Part shown: piece after piece, positions 18,803 to 28,090 of the stretch | How positions within the stretch are numbered: the first letter of the stretch is position 1 | How the letters are laid out: each line of letters opens with the position of its first letter | Assembly (NCBI GenBank): GCA_018394315.1 | Contig: CP074575.1 | Location: 372,001-436,000, forward strand | From: Mycoplasmatota bacterium | Lineage (GTDB): Bacteria > Bacillota_I > Bacilli_A > MAG-NZ | DNA: 64,000 bases | Direction: 5' to 3' | Program-made: the position numbers and the translations under genes | Notes under the pieces: model-generated | What the model was told of the DNA's origin: nothing | The model's input: only the letters and a program-made list of their open reading frames with translations | The model's database searches: none

Positions 18803-18892
18803 AAGTTGTTCTCCTTATTTATACTACTTCTTAAATCTCCATATATATTTTTTATGAAGGGTGATGGAGCTTGAAATGAGGTATTTAACTAT

Positions 18893-19339
18893 TTAATATC
18901 TTGCTATTATTTGCATTAACTGACAGTTAATTATCTTTTCAATTTTTATAATATCCGAAATTTCAATTTTTCTAAGTGGATTAAAAATCTCAATCTCGCA
19001 CTTCGAAAATCCACAATTAAAATTATACTTAAGATTCTCAAGTTCTGTTACCGAGCTACAACAAGGTGTTTTTATTGTTCTATCAACAAAACCAGAATTA
19101 TAACTTTCGGACATTCTCTCTTGCCACCAACCATCAAGATTAGCACCGCATACATTACATCTAATAGAATCTAAGTTTTCTCCACAATCAATGAACGTAA
19201 TATCTTCAAAAGTTACAATACGTATTGTCTCATACTTATATTCAATAGAATCTAAATAATTTTCTATCAATGATTCTAACAAATCGGGAAACATCACACC
19301 TACCTTTTTGGGTATTAACCTTACAAAGTTATCTGACAT
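18893..19339 (-). CDS. Conserved hypothetical Cys-rich protein
   Basis: FIDCGEN...CNVCG...TPCC...CGF pattern, possible metal ligands; ribosome site present. Confidence 0.78.
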   Translation of the reverse strand: MSDNFVRLIPKKVGVMFPDLLESLIENYLDSIEYKYETIRIVTFEDITFIDCGENLDSIRCNVCGANLDGWWQERMSESYNSGFVDRTIKTPCCSSVTELENLKYNFNCGFSKCEIEIFNPLRKIEISDIIKIEKIINCQLMQIIARY

Positions 19340-19496
19340 TATTTTTTCTCTCCCTATACTAATTTGCTATAATTGTTTAACTGTGTTGACTAACAATACA
19401 ACATATACATGTTAACTAAAACTATAGAGCATTTGTATGAAAAATCCACGATTTCTAAGTTCATTACTCACGATAAAAAATATTTCTATGATAAAT

Positions 19497-20207
19497 CTAA
19501 ATCGCTTCTTTTTTTTCTAGATACTTCTTTAATCTTAAATACTTCTTTGAATTTACTTGAGTCTCAAAACCAAGGTATCTCAATATTTCATTTCCCACAT
19601 ATTCTTCCCACAGAAAGTTACTTCCTGAATGCTTCTTTCTATAATATTCGTTCCAATATGACATAACTCTAGATTGTGTAGTATTAAAAAAAACCTTGTT
19701 ATCACTTATGAAGTCTAAATATAAACGTTTATCAATTACCCCTATATTTTCTTTAATAATCTCAACTATTTCTACTACATATTCTCCTAACAGTCTAATA
19801 ATAAACGGAGCAACCCATGAATGATTGCAATCACCTTTAAATAGGTTTCTAATGGAATCTTCTCTAACGTATCCACTACTATGTCTAGTTAAAATACAGT
19901 AATAGATAGCTTGTTGTATTGGTGTCAGTTTTGTACTATTATTTCTATCAAAGACTTCATTATGTGGATAAGGTGAATTGCTTCTCTTACCTTCAGCTCT
20001 TATTGCTTCAAATTGTTGTAACCACGCCTCGCGCTTTACTCGGTTGTACACTCTATAAGGTATTGTGATTTTCTCATTATTTATATACACAGAAAAGGTA
20101 ATACTAGAACCCATTTCTTCAAATGCAAAAGAATTAATAACAACCAAAACATCTTTTTCTATACTTTTTGGAAACGAATTAAGTAATATAGATTCTAAAT
20201 CATTCAT
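19497..20207 (-). CDS. Conserved hypothetical protein
   Basis: IPYRVY, TRHSSGYVRE and LLGEYVVEI motifs; ribosome site AAGGGG. Confidence 0.78.
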   Translation of the reverse strand: MNDLESILLNSFPKSIEKDVLVVINSFAFEEMGSSITFSVYINNEKITIPYRVYNRVKREAWLQQFEAIRAEGKRSNSPYPHNEVFDRNNSTKLTPIQQAIYYCILTRHSSGYVREDSIRNLFKGDCNHSWVAPFIIRLLGEYVVEIVEIIKENIGVIDKRLYLDFISDNKVFFNTTQSRVMSYWNEYYRKKHSGSNFLWEEYVGNEILRYLGFETQVNSKKYLRLKKYLEKKEAI

Positions 20208-20455
20208 AAAGATATCCCCTTGATAAAAATATTTATGTTTCTTAAGATAAAAGGATTTTCTAATTATCAGTGTAGAGACCGAAATAACGTATTATATTAG
20301 TAATATAGCACAACAGCTACAAAAAATTACAATTCCAATTACTAATATTATTCCAGTTGTGATATATCCTGAAGCATCTTCCTTTGAAATTAATTTACCC
20401 ATTGCTCATAGTCACGTTGTTCACCCAGATATATAAACAGTTCTATCTACTGTTA

Positions 20456-21667
20456 CTACGTAAAGGAGTTAGTATCAATAAAGTTATATTTAATTTCTAC
20501 CACAACATTACCATTAACATCAATTATTCCATACTTGTTGTCTTTTCTTACTCTTATTAGATTATAGTCTAATATAAATACCATATCGTCAAACATATAA
20601 TCTACTATTTTTCTACCATTTAGATCTATAAGCCCCCATTTATCATTGGACTTTACTATCACGAAATTACTATTGTAATAAAACTTAAGATCATCAAACT
20701 CTATATCTACTTTAATCTCACCAACATTATTTATTAGTCCGCACCTATCGTCAACACAGACCTCAGCCAGGTCTTCCTCTCCAAAAGGTTCTGCTTTATC
20801 ATACACAAAATCTATCACAACATTACCATCTTTGTTAATGTATCCCCATTTATTATTCATTTTGACTGCTGCAAGGTTGTTAGAGAATCCAAATGCAAAA
20901 TCATACTTTATATCAATTAATAAGTTACCTTTCATATCTACAAAACCAAACTTATTTTGTAATATTATTTTAGATAACCCTTCACGAAAATCTCCTATTC
21001 CATCATATATAGTATCAACTGTTAATTCGCCAGTTTCATCAATGTATCCCCACTTATCTTCTAATTTCACCCTAGCGCCCTTTGTAAAAAATAATGAGTC
21101 ACGTACTCTATCATACTTAGGCTCAACAACAATAGTGCCAGAATCATTTATATACCCCCATTTGTCACCTAATAGAAAAGCTTTATGATCCGCAAAATCA
21201 TATTTAATTTCAGTAACTAATTCACCAGCTTTATTAATGTATCCCCACTTGTTATCTATATTTACTGGTGTTATATTACTATTAAGAAACCACTTGGTTC
21301 TATCATAGATAAAGTCTATAACTACATCTCCTGATGTGTTAATATACCCCCACTTTCCATTTAGACATGTGGGGAATAGATCTTCTGCGAAATGATTATC
21401 AATGTAATCATATTCAATGTCTACTATAAGTTTTCCGGCGTTGTCAGCTAGACCCCATTTGTCTTCTATCTCAACTGCAAGTACAGTATTAAATTTAGAA
21501 GTAATAATATTTTGATATATAATAGGTAATATAACATCTCCTTTTGAATTAATTGCTCCCTTTAAATCACCATCACGAACAACTATTAAATGATTATTAT
21601 TTATATTACTACAACCAGTGATTGTAAATGTTAGTATCACTAATAACACTAGAACAATTTTCCTCAT
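20456..21667 (-). CDS. WG (KWG)-repeat lipoprotein
   Basis: Lipobox ITGC; many KWGYIN/D-xxG repeats. Confidence 0.92.
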   Translation of the reverse strand: MRKIVLVLLVILTFTITGCSNINNNHLIVVRDGDLKGAINSKGDVILPIIYQNIITSKFNTVLAVEIEDKWGLADNAGKLIVDIEYDYIDNHFAEDLFPTCLNGKWGYINTSGDVVIDFIYDRTKWFLNSNITPVNIDNKWGYINKAGELVTEIKYDFADHKAFLLGDKWGYINDSGTIVVEPKYDRVRDSLFFTKGARVKLEDKWGYIDETGELTVDTIYDGIGDFREGLSKIILQNKFGFVDMKGNLLIDIKYDFAFGFSNNLAAVKMNNKWGYINKDGNVVIDFVYDKAEPFGEEDLAEVCVDDRCGLINNVGEIKVDIEFDDLKFYYNSNFVIVKSNDKWGLIDLNGRKIVDYMFDDMVFILDYNLIRVRKDNKYGIIDVNGNVVVEIKYNFIDTNSFT

Positions 21668-21995
21668 ATTAGCATCTCCTTAATAGACTATCTTAGAATA
21701 CATTATTTAGATTATTGTAACATACTTTTTAACTTTTCAAAAACTAACAAGATGAAAAAAAATGCAATATTTATCCTATGTAGTTAGCTATAGAAAAAGG
21801 GATAGCTTGCAAAAGTGAAATACTTCTAATCGAAGATTTCATATCTAGGTATATCAAAATAACCGATACATATAAAGGAGTTATTGACTTAATAAAAATT
21901 TCTATTTAGAGATTCCCTTTCACAACGCACACGTGAACTGACCACAGCTTCTAATAATTATATACTCTAAAACTGTCCATTACATAATTTACTAT

Positions 21996-22025
21996 AAAAA
22001 AAGCAAACAGATTTTTCTGTTTGCT
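21996..22025 (-). terminator. tRNA-Ser terminator
   Basis: agcaaacaga / tctgtttgct stem followed by a T run on the minus strand. Confidence 0.8.
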
Positions 22026-22038
22026 ATTGTTTATTTAA

Positions 22039-22129
22039 TGGCGGAGTAGGAGAGATTTGAACTCTCGCGCCGCGTAAACGACCTATACCCTTAGCAGGGG
22101 CACCTCTTCAGCCACTTGAGTACTACTCC
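22039..22129 (-). tRNA. tRNA-Ser (anticodon GCT)
   Basis: Acceptor stem GGAGTAG/CTACTCC, anticodon arm TGCCC-CTGCTAA-GGGTA, long variable arm, T-arm GAGAG-TTCAAAT-CTCTC, encoded CCA. Confidence 0.97.
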
Positions 22130-22147
22130 ATTTTATCGTGCTCATAT

Positions 22148-22176
22148 ATTTTATAATATTTGTTGGTCTATGTCAA
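22148..22176 (-). promoter_or_regulatory. Sigma-A promoter of tRNA-Ser
   Basis: TTGACA-N17-TAAAAT on the minus strand. Confidence 0.75.
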
Positions 22177-22306
22177 CAAAATTTATCAACATTTGCATTT
22201 CATAAAGTCAATTATAAAATCTTTATATAAAAATTTCTTTTAACTAATGTAATAAGTGTATTCTTTTACCAATTCTAGAGAAAATAATGACTGAAAGGTT
22301 GGTAAT

Positions 22307-23998
22307 ATGATAACTAATTATAAAATTGAAAAGAATAAAGGTAGTGAAGTTCTCCATTTATATTATGAAGGATTTACAACGGAGTTTTCTAGTGATTTCT
22401 TTAAAAACTCTAATGAATCTTTTAAGTCACTCAAAAAACAAATAATTGATTACATTAAAAGTAATAAAATTGATTTTAAAGGAACTATGGCTAAAGTAAT
22501 GATTGGAGGAGCTTTAACTCTTACAGTACTTTTAGGTAATAATATTGCTGTTGAAGCTAGTAATGATTCCTCGCAAGATATCACATATTTCATACAAGAA
22601 GGTGATAACCTATGGAAAATTGCTAGAAAATATAATACAAGTGTAAATGATCTTAAAGCAAGTAATAATCTTCAGTCAGACAATATTTATCCAGGTGAAG
22701 AATTAACTATTCGCTTGCCATTAAACACAAGGAAATATATAGTTCAAGAAGGTGATAATCTTTGGATAATTGCTAGAGAACATAATATAAGTACAGATGA
22801 ACTCAAGACAAGTAATAATTTAACTTCAGATGTTATTCACCCAGGTGACACTTTATATATTTATCCTTCCTCTACTTCTACTCCTACTTCTGTTTATCAA
22901 ATAGAATATGGAGATAGCTTATGGACTGTAGCAAAGAAATTCAATATGTCAGTAAGTGAATTGAAGCAATTAAATAATTTAACTTCAGATGCTATTTACG
23001 TTGGAAATTCACTTATTGTCAATCAAATAAATCCAGTAGAGGAAACACAAAATGAATATATTGTAAAGTCTGGTGATAGTTTATGGAGTATCTCTAATAA
23101 GTTCAATATTTCAGTAGCTGACTTGATTAGAGTCAATAATCTAGATTCTGATGTTATCTATATTAATCAACGACTAACAATTAATTCTACTGTCAATATA
23201 GAAAGTGATATCACTCTTCAACTCCGTTTAGAGAATGGGCAAGTTATAAACATTTCATTAGAAGAATATGTAGTGGGTGTCGTAAGTAGTGAAATGTATC
23301 CACACTTTCATGAAGAAGCACTAAAAGCTCAAGCATTAGCGGCAAGAACATACGCATTGAAGGCTTATGAAGAAGGAGTTATTCTTTCAACAACGGACTA
23401 CCATCAAGTGTATCAAAACGAAGATGCATTAAGAAGATTGTGGGGAGCTAAGTACGACGAATACTACAGTAAAATGGAAAAAGCAGTTTTATCCACTAAA
23501 GGTGAAGTAATAAAATATAACGGTGAGTTGATCGATGCTTTATACTTTTCAACAAGTAACGGAAAAACTGAGAATCCTTTCTATATCTGGGGTGGAGAAC
23601 TAGATTACTTACAAAGTGTTAATAGTCCTTGGGATGTAGAATCAACGGAATATCTCAATACAAAGACAATGAGCTTAGATGAATTCTCAAAATCTCTTGG
23701 AGTACGTTCAAGTAATGTTTATATTGAAGTATTATCTTGGACATCAGGTGACAGAATAGAAAACATTAAGATTGATGGTATAACTTTTGATGGTAACACA
23801 GTAAAATCAAAATTAGGATTACGCTCTACTGATTTTTCGATTAACATTGAAGGGGACATGGTTCATATAGAACAAAGAGGCTGGGGTCATGGTGTTGGAA
23901 TGAGTCAGTATGGAGCTCACTATATGAGTCAAGAAGGATATACCTACGATCAGATTATTAAACACTACTATCAAAATGTTAATATAGAAGCTAGTTAA
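22307..23998 (+). CDS. 4x LysM + SpoIID/LytB-domain peptidoglycan-processing protein
   Basis: Four Y-x-[IV]-xx-GD-x-LW LysM repeats; EEYVVGVVSSEM, EALKAQALAARTY and GWGHGVGMSQYGA SpoIID motifs. Confidence 0.92.
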   Translation: MITNYKIEKNKGSEVLHLYYEGFTTEFSSDFFKNSNESFKSLKKQIIDYIKSNKIDFKGTMAKVMIGGALTLTVLLGNNIAVEASNDSSQDITYFIQEGDNLWKIARKYNTSVNDLKASNNLQSDNIYPGEELTIRLPLNTRKYIVQEGDNLWIIAREHNISTDELKTSNNLTSDVIHPGDTLYIYPSSTSTPTSVYQIEYGDSLWTVAKKFNMSVSELKQLNNLTSDAIYVGNSLIVNQINPVEETQNEYIVKSGDSLWSISNKFNISVADLIRVNNLDSDVIYINQRLTINSTVNIESDITLQLRLENGQVINISLEEYVVGVVSSEMYPHFHEEALKAQALAARTYALKAYEEGVILSTTDYHQVYQNEDALRRLWGAKYDEYYSKMEKAVLSTKGEVIKYNGELIDALYFSTSNGKTENPFYIWGGELDYLQSVNSPWDVESTEYLNTKTMSLDEFSKSLGVRSSNVYIEVLSWTSGDRIENIKIDGITFDGNTVKSKLGLRSTDFSINIEGDMVHIEQRGWGHGVGMSQYGAHYMSQEGYTYDQIIKHYYQNVNIEAS

Positions 23999-24000
23999 AA

Positions 24001-24023
24001 CACCTAAGCATTTTGCTTAGGTG
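24001..24023. terminator. Bidirectional terminator
   Basis: cacctaagc / gcttaggtg between convergent genes. Confidence 0.75.
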
Positions 24024-26204
24024 TTATTTACTTGGGTTAATCATAGTAAGAGACAATCTTCCACGTTTCATATCTATATCGTGTACCCAAACTTTAACAA
24101 TTTGTCCGACTTGTACTACATCCATTGGATGTTTAACAAACTTATTGGTAAGTTTAGAGATATGAACTAATCCATCTTCTTTTACACCACAATCTACGAA
24201 TGCTCCGAAATCAACAACGTTTCTCACAGTTCCAGTTAACTCCATACCTACAGATATATCTGAAAGTTTCAACACCCCTTGTTTTAAAACTGGAGCCTCG
24301 AACTCATCTCTAGGGTCCCTGTTAGGAGCAATTAGAGCATCTAAAATATCATTGAAAGTGTACTCATCGATTGTCATTGCTTCTAATAATTTTTCTCTAT
24401 CAGTAGAATTAATAGAGTCGATTAACTCCTTTGAGCCAATATCACTTTTAGAGAAACCTAAAACTGATAATATTTCTTCTGCATATTCATAACTCTCAGG
24501 GTGAATTCCTGTCTTGTCTAAAGGCTCTTTACCATCAAGAACTCTTAAGAAACCAACTGCTTGAACTAATGATTTTGGTCCTAGTTTTGGAACTTTACCG
24601 ATGTTCTTTCTTGAAATAAATTTACCAAATTCATCACGGTACTTAACAATATTTCCAGCAACAACTTTAGATAAACCAGAAATATATTGAAGTAACTCTT
24701 GTGAAGCGGTATTTATGTTCACTCCGACTTTATTTACAGCTGTTTCAACAACAAAATTTAACTGATCATTCAATTTCTTTTGCGAAACATCATGTTGATA
24801 TTGCCCTACTCCAATACTCTTTGGATCTATTTTTACTAATTCACTTAATGGGTCTTGTAATCTTCTACCAATTGAAACCGCACTTCTTTCTTCAACTTCA
24901 AAATCAGGGAATTCTTTCCTAGCGTTATCACTTGCTGAGTATACTGAAGCTCCTGCTTCATTAATAATAACGTAAGATACATTTAGTTCATATTCTTTAA
25001 TTAAGTCTGCAATAAATCTTTCAGTTTCTCTTGATGCAGTACCATTTCCTATCGCAATAATATCAACAGCATATTTTTTTGTCATACTTACAACTTTTTC
25101 TTTTGCATCTAGAATTCTTCTAGGATTAATTTTTTCATCAATGTACTTTTGATGAGGATATATTACACCTATTTCTAAAACCTTTCCAGTTGAATCTAAA
25201 ACACTTAATTTACATCCAGTTCTATATGCTGGATCTACTCCTAATACAACCTTATCTTTCATAGGTGGTTGTAGTAATAAGTTATGTAAATTCTCACTAA
25301 AGATCTTTATCGCTTGTTCCTCAGCTACTTCTTTTAATTCCGAACGAATTTCTCTTTCTACACTAGGTTTGATTAGCCTTTTATATGCATCTTCGATAGC
25401 ACTCTCTAAATAATTTGAAGCGTTAGATTCCTTTTTGATAAAATCCTTCTTTAAAAAGTATGTTAATGTGTCTTTATCTTCAGCTATAGTTATCCTTAAT
25501 ATTTTTTCACTTTCACCACGATTCATCGCTAACACTCTGTGAGGAACTATATTTTTTATTGGTTCACTGTAATCATAGTACTGTGTGTAAACACCCTTTT
25601 CATCTAAATCAACTTTCTTAGTGGCTTTAGCAGTTAGATCGGCTTGTGTTCTAAAGTTATTTTTTATGAATTTACGATACTTTGGATTATCAGCAACTTC
25701 TTCAGCTATGATATCCATTGCACCTTGTAAAGCAGATTCAATATCTTTTATTTCTTCATTAAGATATTTTTCAGCTTCTAATTCTATATTTACTACTGGA
25801 TAACTCTTCAAAAATATAGCTAAAGGCTCAAGACCATGTTTCTTGGCTTCAGTAGCTCTAGTTTTTTTCTTTTCTTTATAAGGACGATACAAATCTTCAA
25901 CCTCTGTCAGTTTTGTACATTTAAGGACTTCTTGTTTAAGTTCTTCAGTTAATTTACCTTTTTCAGCAATAAGTCTTAATACATCATCCTTACGTTTCTT
26001 TAAATTTTGACCATATTCATATTCTTTACTCACTGCACGAATTTGTTCTTCATCAAGTGCTCCAGTTTGTTCTTTCCTGTATCTAGCTATAAAAGGGACT
26101 GTATTACCCTCTTCTAATAAATCAAGCACTGTCTTTATTTGCTTTAAACTAATTCCTTGCTCTATACTAATTTGTTTTAATAGTGTTTCATTAATTGTTC
26201 CCAT
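24024..26204 (-). CDS. tex: Tex-family transcription accessory protein
   Basis: GNTVPFIARYRKE, GVDPAYRTGCK, SIGVGQYQHDV and C-terminal S1 domain. Confidence 0.96.
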   Translation of the reverse strand: MGTINETLLKQISIEQGISLKQIKTVLDLLEEGNTVPFIARYRKEQTGALDEEQIRAVSKEYEYGQNLKKRKDDVLRLIAEKGKLTEELKQEVLKCTKLTEVEDLYRPYKEKKKTRATEAKKHGLEPLAIFLKSYPVVNIELEAEKYLNEEIKDIESALQGAMDIIAEEVADNPKYRKFIKNNFRTQADLTAKATKKVDLDEKGVYTQYYDYSEPIKNIVPHRVLAMNRGESEKILRITIAEDKDTLTYFLKKDFIKKESNASNYLESAIEDAYKRLIKPSVEREIRSELKEVAEEQAIKIFSENLHNLLLQPPMKDKVVLGVDPAYRTGCKLSVLDSTGKVLEIGVIYPHQKYIDEKINPRRILDAKEKVVSMTKKYAVDIIAIGNGTASRETERFIADLIKEYELNVSYVIINEAGASVYSASDNARKEFPDFEVEERSAVSIGRRLQDPLSELVKIDPKSIGVGQYQHDVSQKKLNDQLNFVVETAVNKVGVNINTASQELLQYISGLSKVVAGNIVKYRDEFGKFISRKNIGKVPKLGPKSLVQAVGFLRVLDGKEPLDKTGIHPESYEYAEEILSVLGFSKSDIGSKELIDSINSTDREKLLEAMTIDEYTFNDILDALIAPNRDPRDEFEAPVLKQGVLKLSDISVGMELTGTVRNVVDFGAFVDCGVKEDGLVHISKLTNKFVKHPMDVVQVGQIVKVWVHDIDMKRGRLSLTMINPSK

Positions 26205-26412
26205 CGTATCCTCCTTAGAAAGCTAATCATTTACCATAAACAATTATAAAGAAAAATGCTTATATTTTCAAGGGACTTTACACTTCTATGAATCGTTACG
26301 AATTATTATTCTTAAGCGATTTTATTAATTCGCCAAATTAAAAAGGCTCCATTTAAAGAACGAATGGAACCTAATTATTTTTTGACTTTCATTTTTTTTG
26401 TAAAAGTCGATT

Positions 26413-27393
26413 TTACTTGCCGTATTCGATTGTAAATGATCTTGCTACTTCAAATAATTCATCTTGCGTTAAATTATTAGAAACTATCATATATTCACTA
26501 CCTGCACTGTACCAAGATATACTTGTAGGTCCAAGTGCTCCAAAAGTACCGTTCACCAGAATTGGTTCTCCATAAATGAATTGTGGTAAGATTGATGAAT
26601 TCAAATCATCTACAAACTGTTGATAAATTGTAAATCCAGTATCTCCACCAAAGCATGTGATAGCGTAGTCACTTGTTACTTGTTCGCTTACAATGCGGAC
26701 TCCTTCTGGATAGTAATTTGGATAATTAACTTCTCTTAAATAATCTCCACCTTCACCTAATGCTAGAGTTTCCGCTTCAAGATTCAATTCTTTATCGAAG
26801 TAATTATTATCAAATTTCTTATTTAAATCGAACTCTATAAATACTACAGTAATCACTGGTTCCATCTTAGAATCATAGACAATAACTTCTTTAGGTAATA
26901 AAGTTTTTACATCTAGTACTACTTTTTGAGTCTTCAAATCAGAATTTGTTTTATATGCTACTTCAGATCTTATTATAATCTCATCTTCTTCAATCACTAC
27001 ACTTGTGTTCTCATCATTAAGAATATCACTCACAAGAGATTGATATAAGTAAGCGTGAGATGTGTTAAGTGGCCATTCACTTTGGAACTGAAAACTCTTG
27101 TTTAGTTCAGGAGTAATCACAAACACACCTTCATCATTTTTAAGAATCATCTGAGTACTATTGTTATCCTGATTTATCATTTTAACCTTAAAATAATTTG
27201 GTTCAGAATAACTGATTTCTAAATCATACTTCTTAACGTCATTTCCTCTTTTAACTTCCATCAACGCTTTTGAGTAATATCCATCAATATTTGTTATTTT
27301 TTTTCCTAGTTCAACTGGTACTTCTTCCTCTTTTAATTTTCCACAACCTACCAACAACACTAAAACAATTAAAAAGCTTAATATTTTTTTCAT
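26413..27393 (-). CDS. LolA-fold lipoprotein, YdcC-like (sporulation-associated in Bacillus)
   Basis: Lipobox LVGC; QMILKNDEGVFVITPELNKSFQFQSEWP...YLYQSLV motif. Confidence 0.8.
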   Translation of the reverse strand: MKKILSFLIVLVLLVGCGKLKEEEVPVELGKKITNIDGYYSKALMEVKRGNDVKKYDLEISYSEPNYFKVKMINQDNNSTQMILKNDEGVFVITPELNKSFQFQSEWPLNTSHAYLYQSLVSDILNDENTSVVIEEDEIIIRSEVAYKTNSDLKTQKVVLDVKTLLPKEVIVYDSKMEPVITVVFIEFDLNKKFDNNYFDKELNLEAETLALGEGGDYLREVNYPNYYPEGVRIVSEQVTSDYAITCFGGDTGFTIYQQFVDDLNSSILPQFIYGEPILVNGTFGALGPTSISWYSAGSEYMIVSNNLTQDELFEVARSFTIEYGK

Positions 27394-27516
27394 AATTCAC
27401 CTCTATTATCGTTACATTAATTTTATGAATTATATTTTTTTTATATTCACTATATGTATAAATTAGTCAAAATTAAGGAAAATATAAAAGAATAAACTTT
27501 TAAAGGAGGAATTTTT

Positions 27517-27720
27517 GTGAGTGCACTCCAAAAAACAGCTTTAGTACTAACACTAGTCGGTGCCCTAAATTGGGGATTGATTGGGCTATTTGGATTTGAT
27601 TTAGTAGCATTTATCTTTGGTGGCGCAACTACATTCTTATCAAGGACAGTTTACTCTTTAGTAGGAGTAGCTGCTATCATCAATCTAACACTTTTAGCGT
27701 ATCCAGTAAAGGATATGTAG
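27517..27720 (+). CDS. DUF378 (YuzA-like) small membrane protein
   Basis: GALNWGLIGLFGFDLVAFIFG signature. Confidence 0.9.
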   Translation: MSALQKTALVLTLVGALNWGLIGLFGFDLVAFIFGGATTFLSRTVYSLVGVAAIINLTLLAYPVKDM

Positions 27721-27797
27721 CAATAACAACTCTGCTATTAATAGAGTGTGGAGTATAAATACTAATTACGGTATGTTAAACTAAAGGTAGTGATATA

Positions 27798-28013
27798 ATG
27801 ACAAATATTCAAAAATTTGGTAAGAAAATACGTAAGCTACGTCTAGACAGAAATATGAGCCAAGAAGAATTGGCTTATGAGTCTGGATTGCATCGAACTT
27901 ATATTGGAAGCGTTGAAAGAGCCGAAAAGAATCTGACTATCAAAAATGTATTTAAGATAGCTGAAGCTCTAGGAATCAATCCAAGTGATTTATTTAACTT
28001 TGATGATTTATAA
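27798..28013 (+). CDS. Small XRE-family HTH regulator
   Basis: SQEELA...LHRTYIGSVERAEKNLT motif. Confidence 0.9.
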   Translation: MTNIQKFGKKIRKLRLDRNMSQEELAYESGLHRTYIGSVERAEKNLTIKNVFKIAEALGINPSDLFNFDDL

Positions 28014-28016
28014 GAA

Positions 28017-28043
28017 GTAAGGACAATTGTCCTTATTTTTTTT
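28017..28043 (+). terminator. Intrinsic terminator
   Basis: taaggacaa/ttgtcctta followed by a T run. Confidence 0.65.
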
Positions 28044-28090
28044 CATTTTATTTTATGAAAATAATAATATTTTTATTAAAAAAGAAGGAA

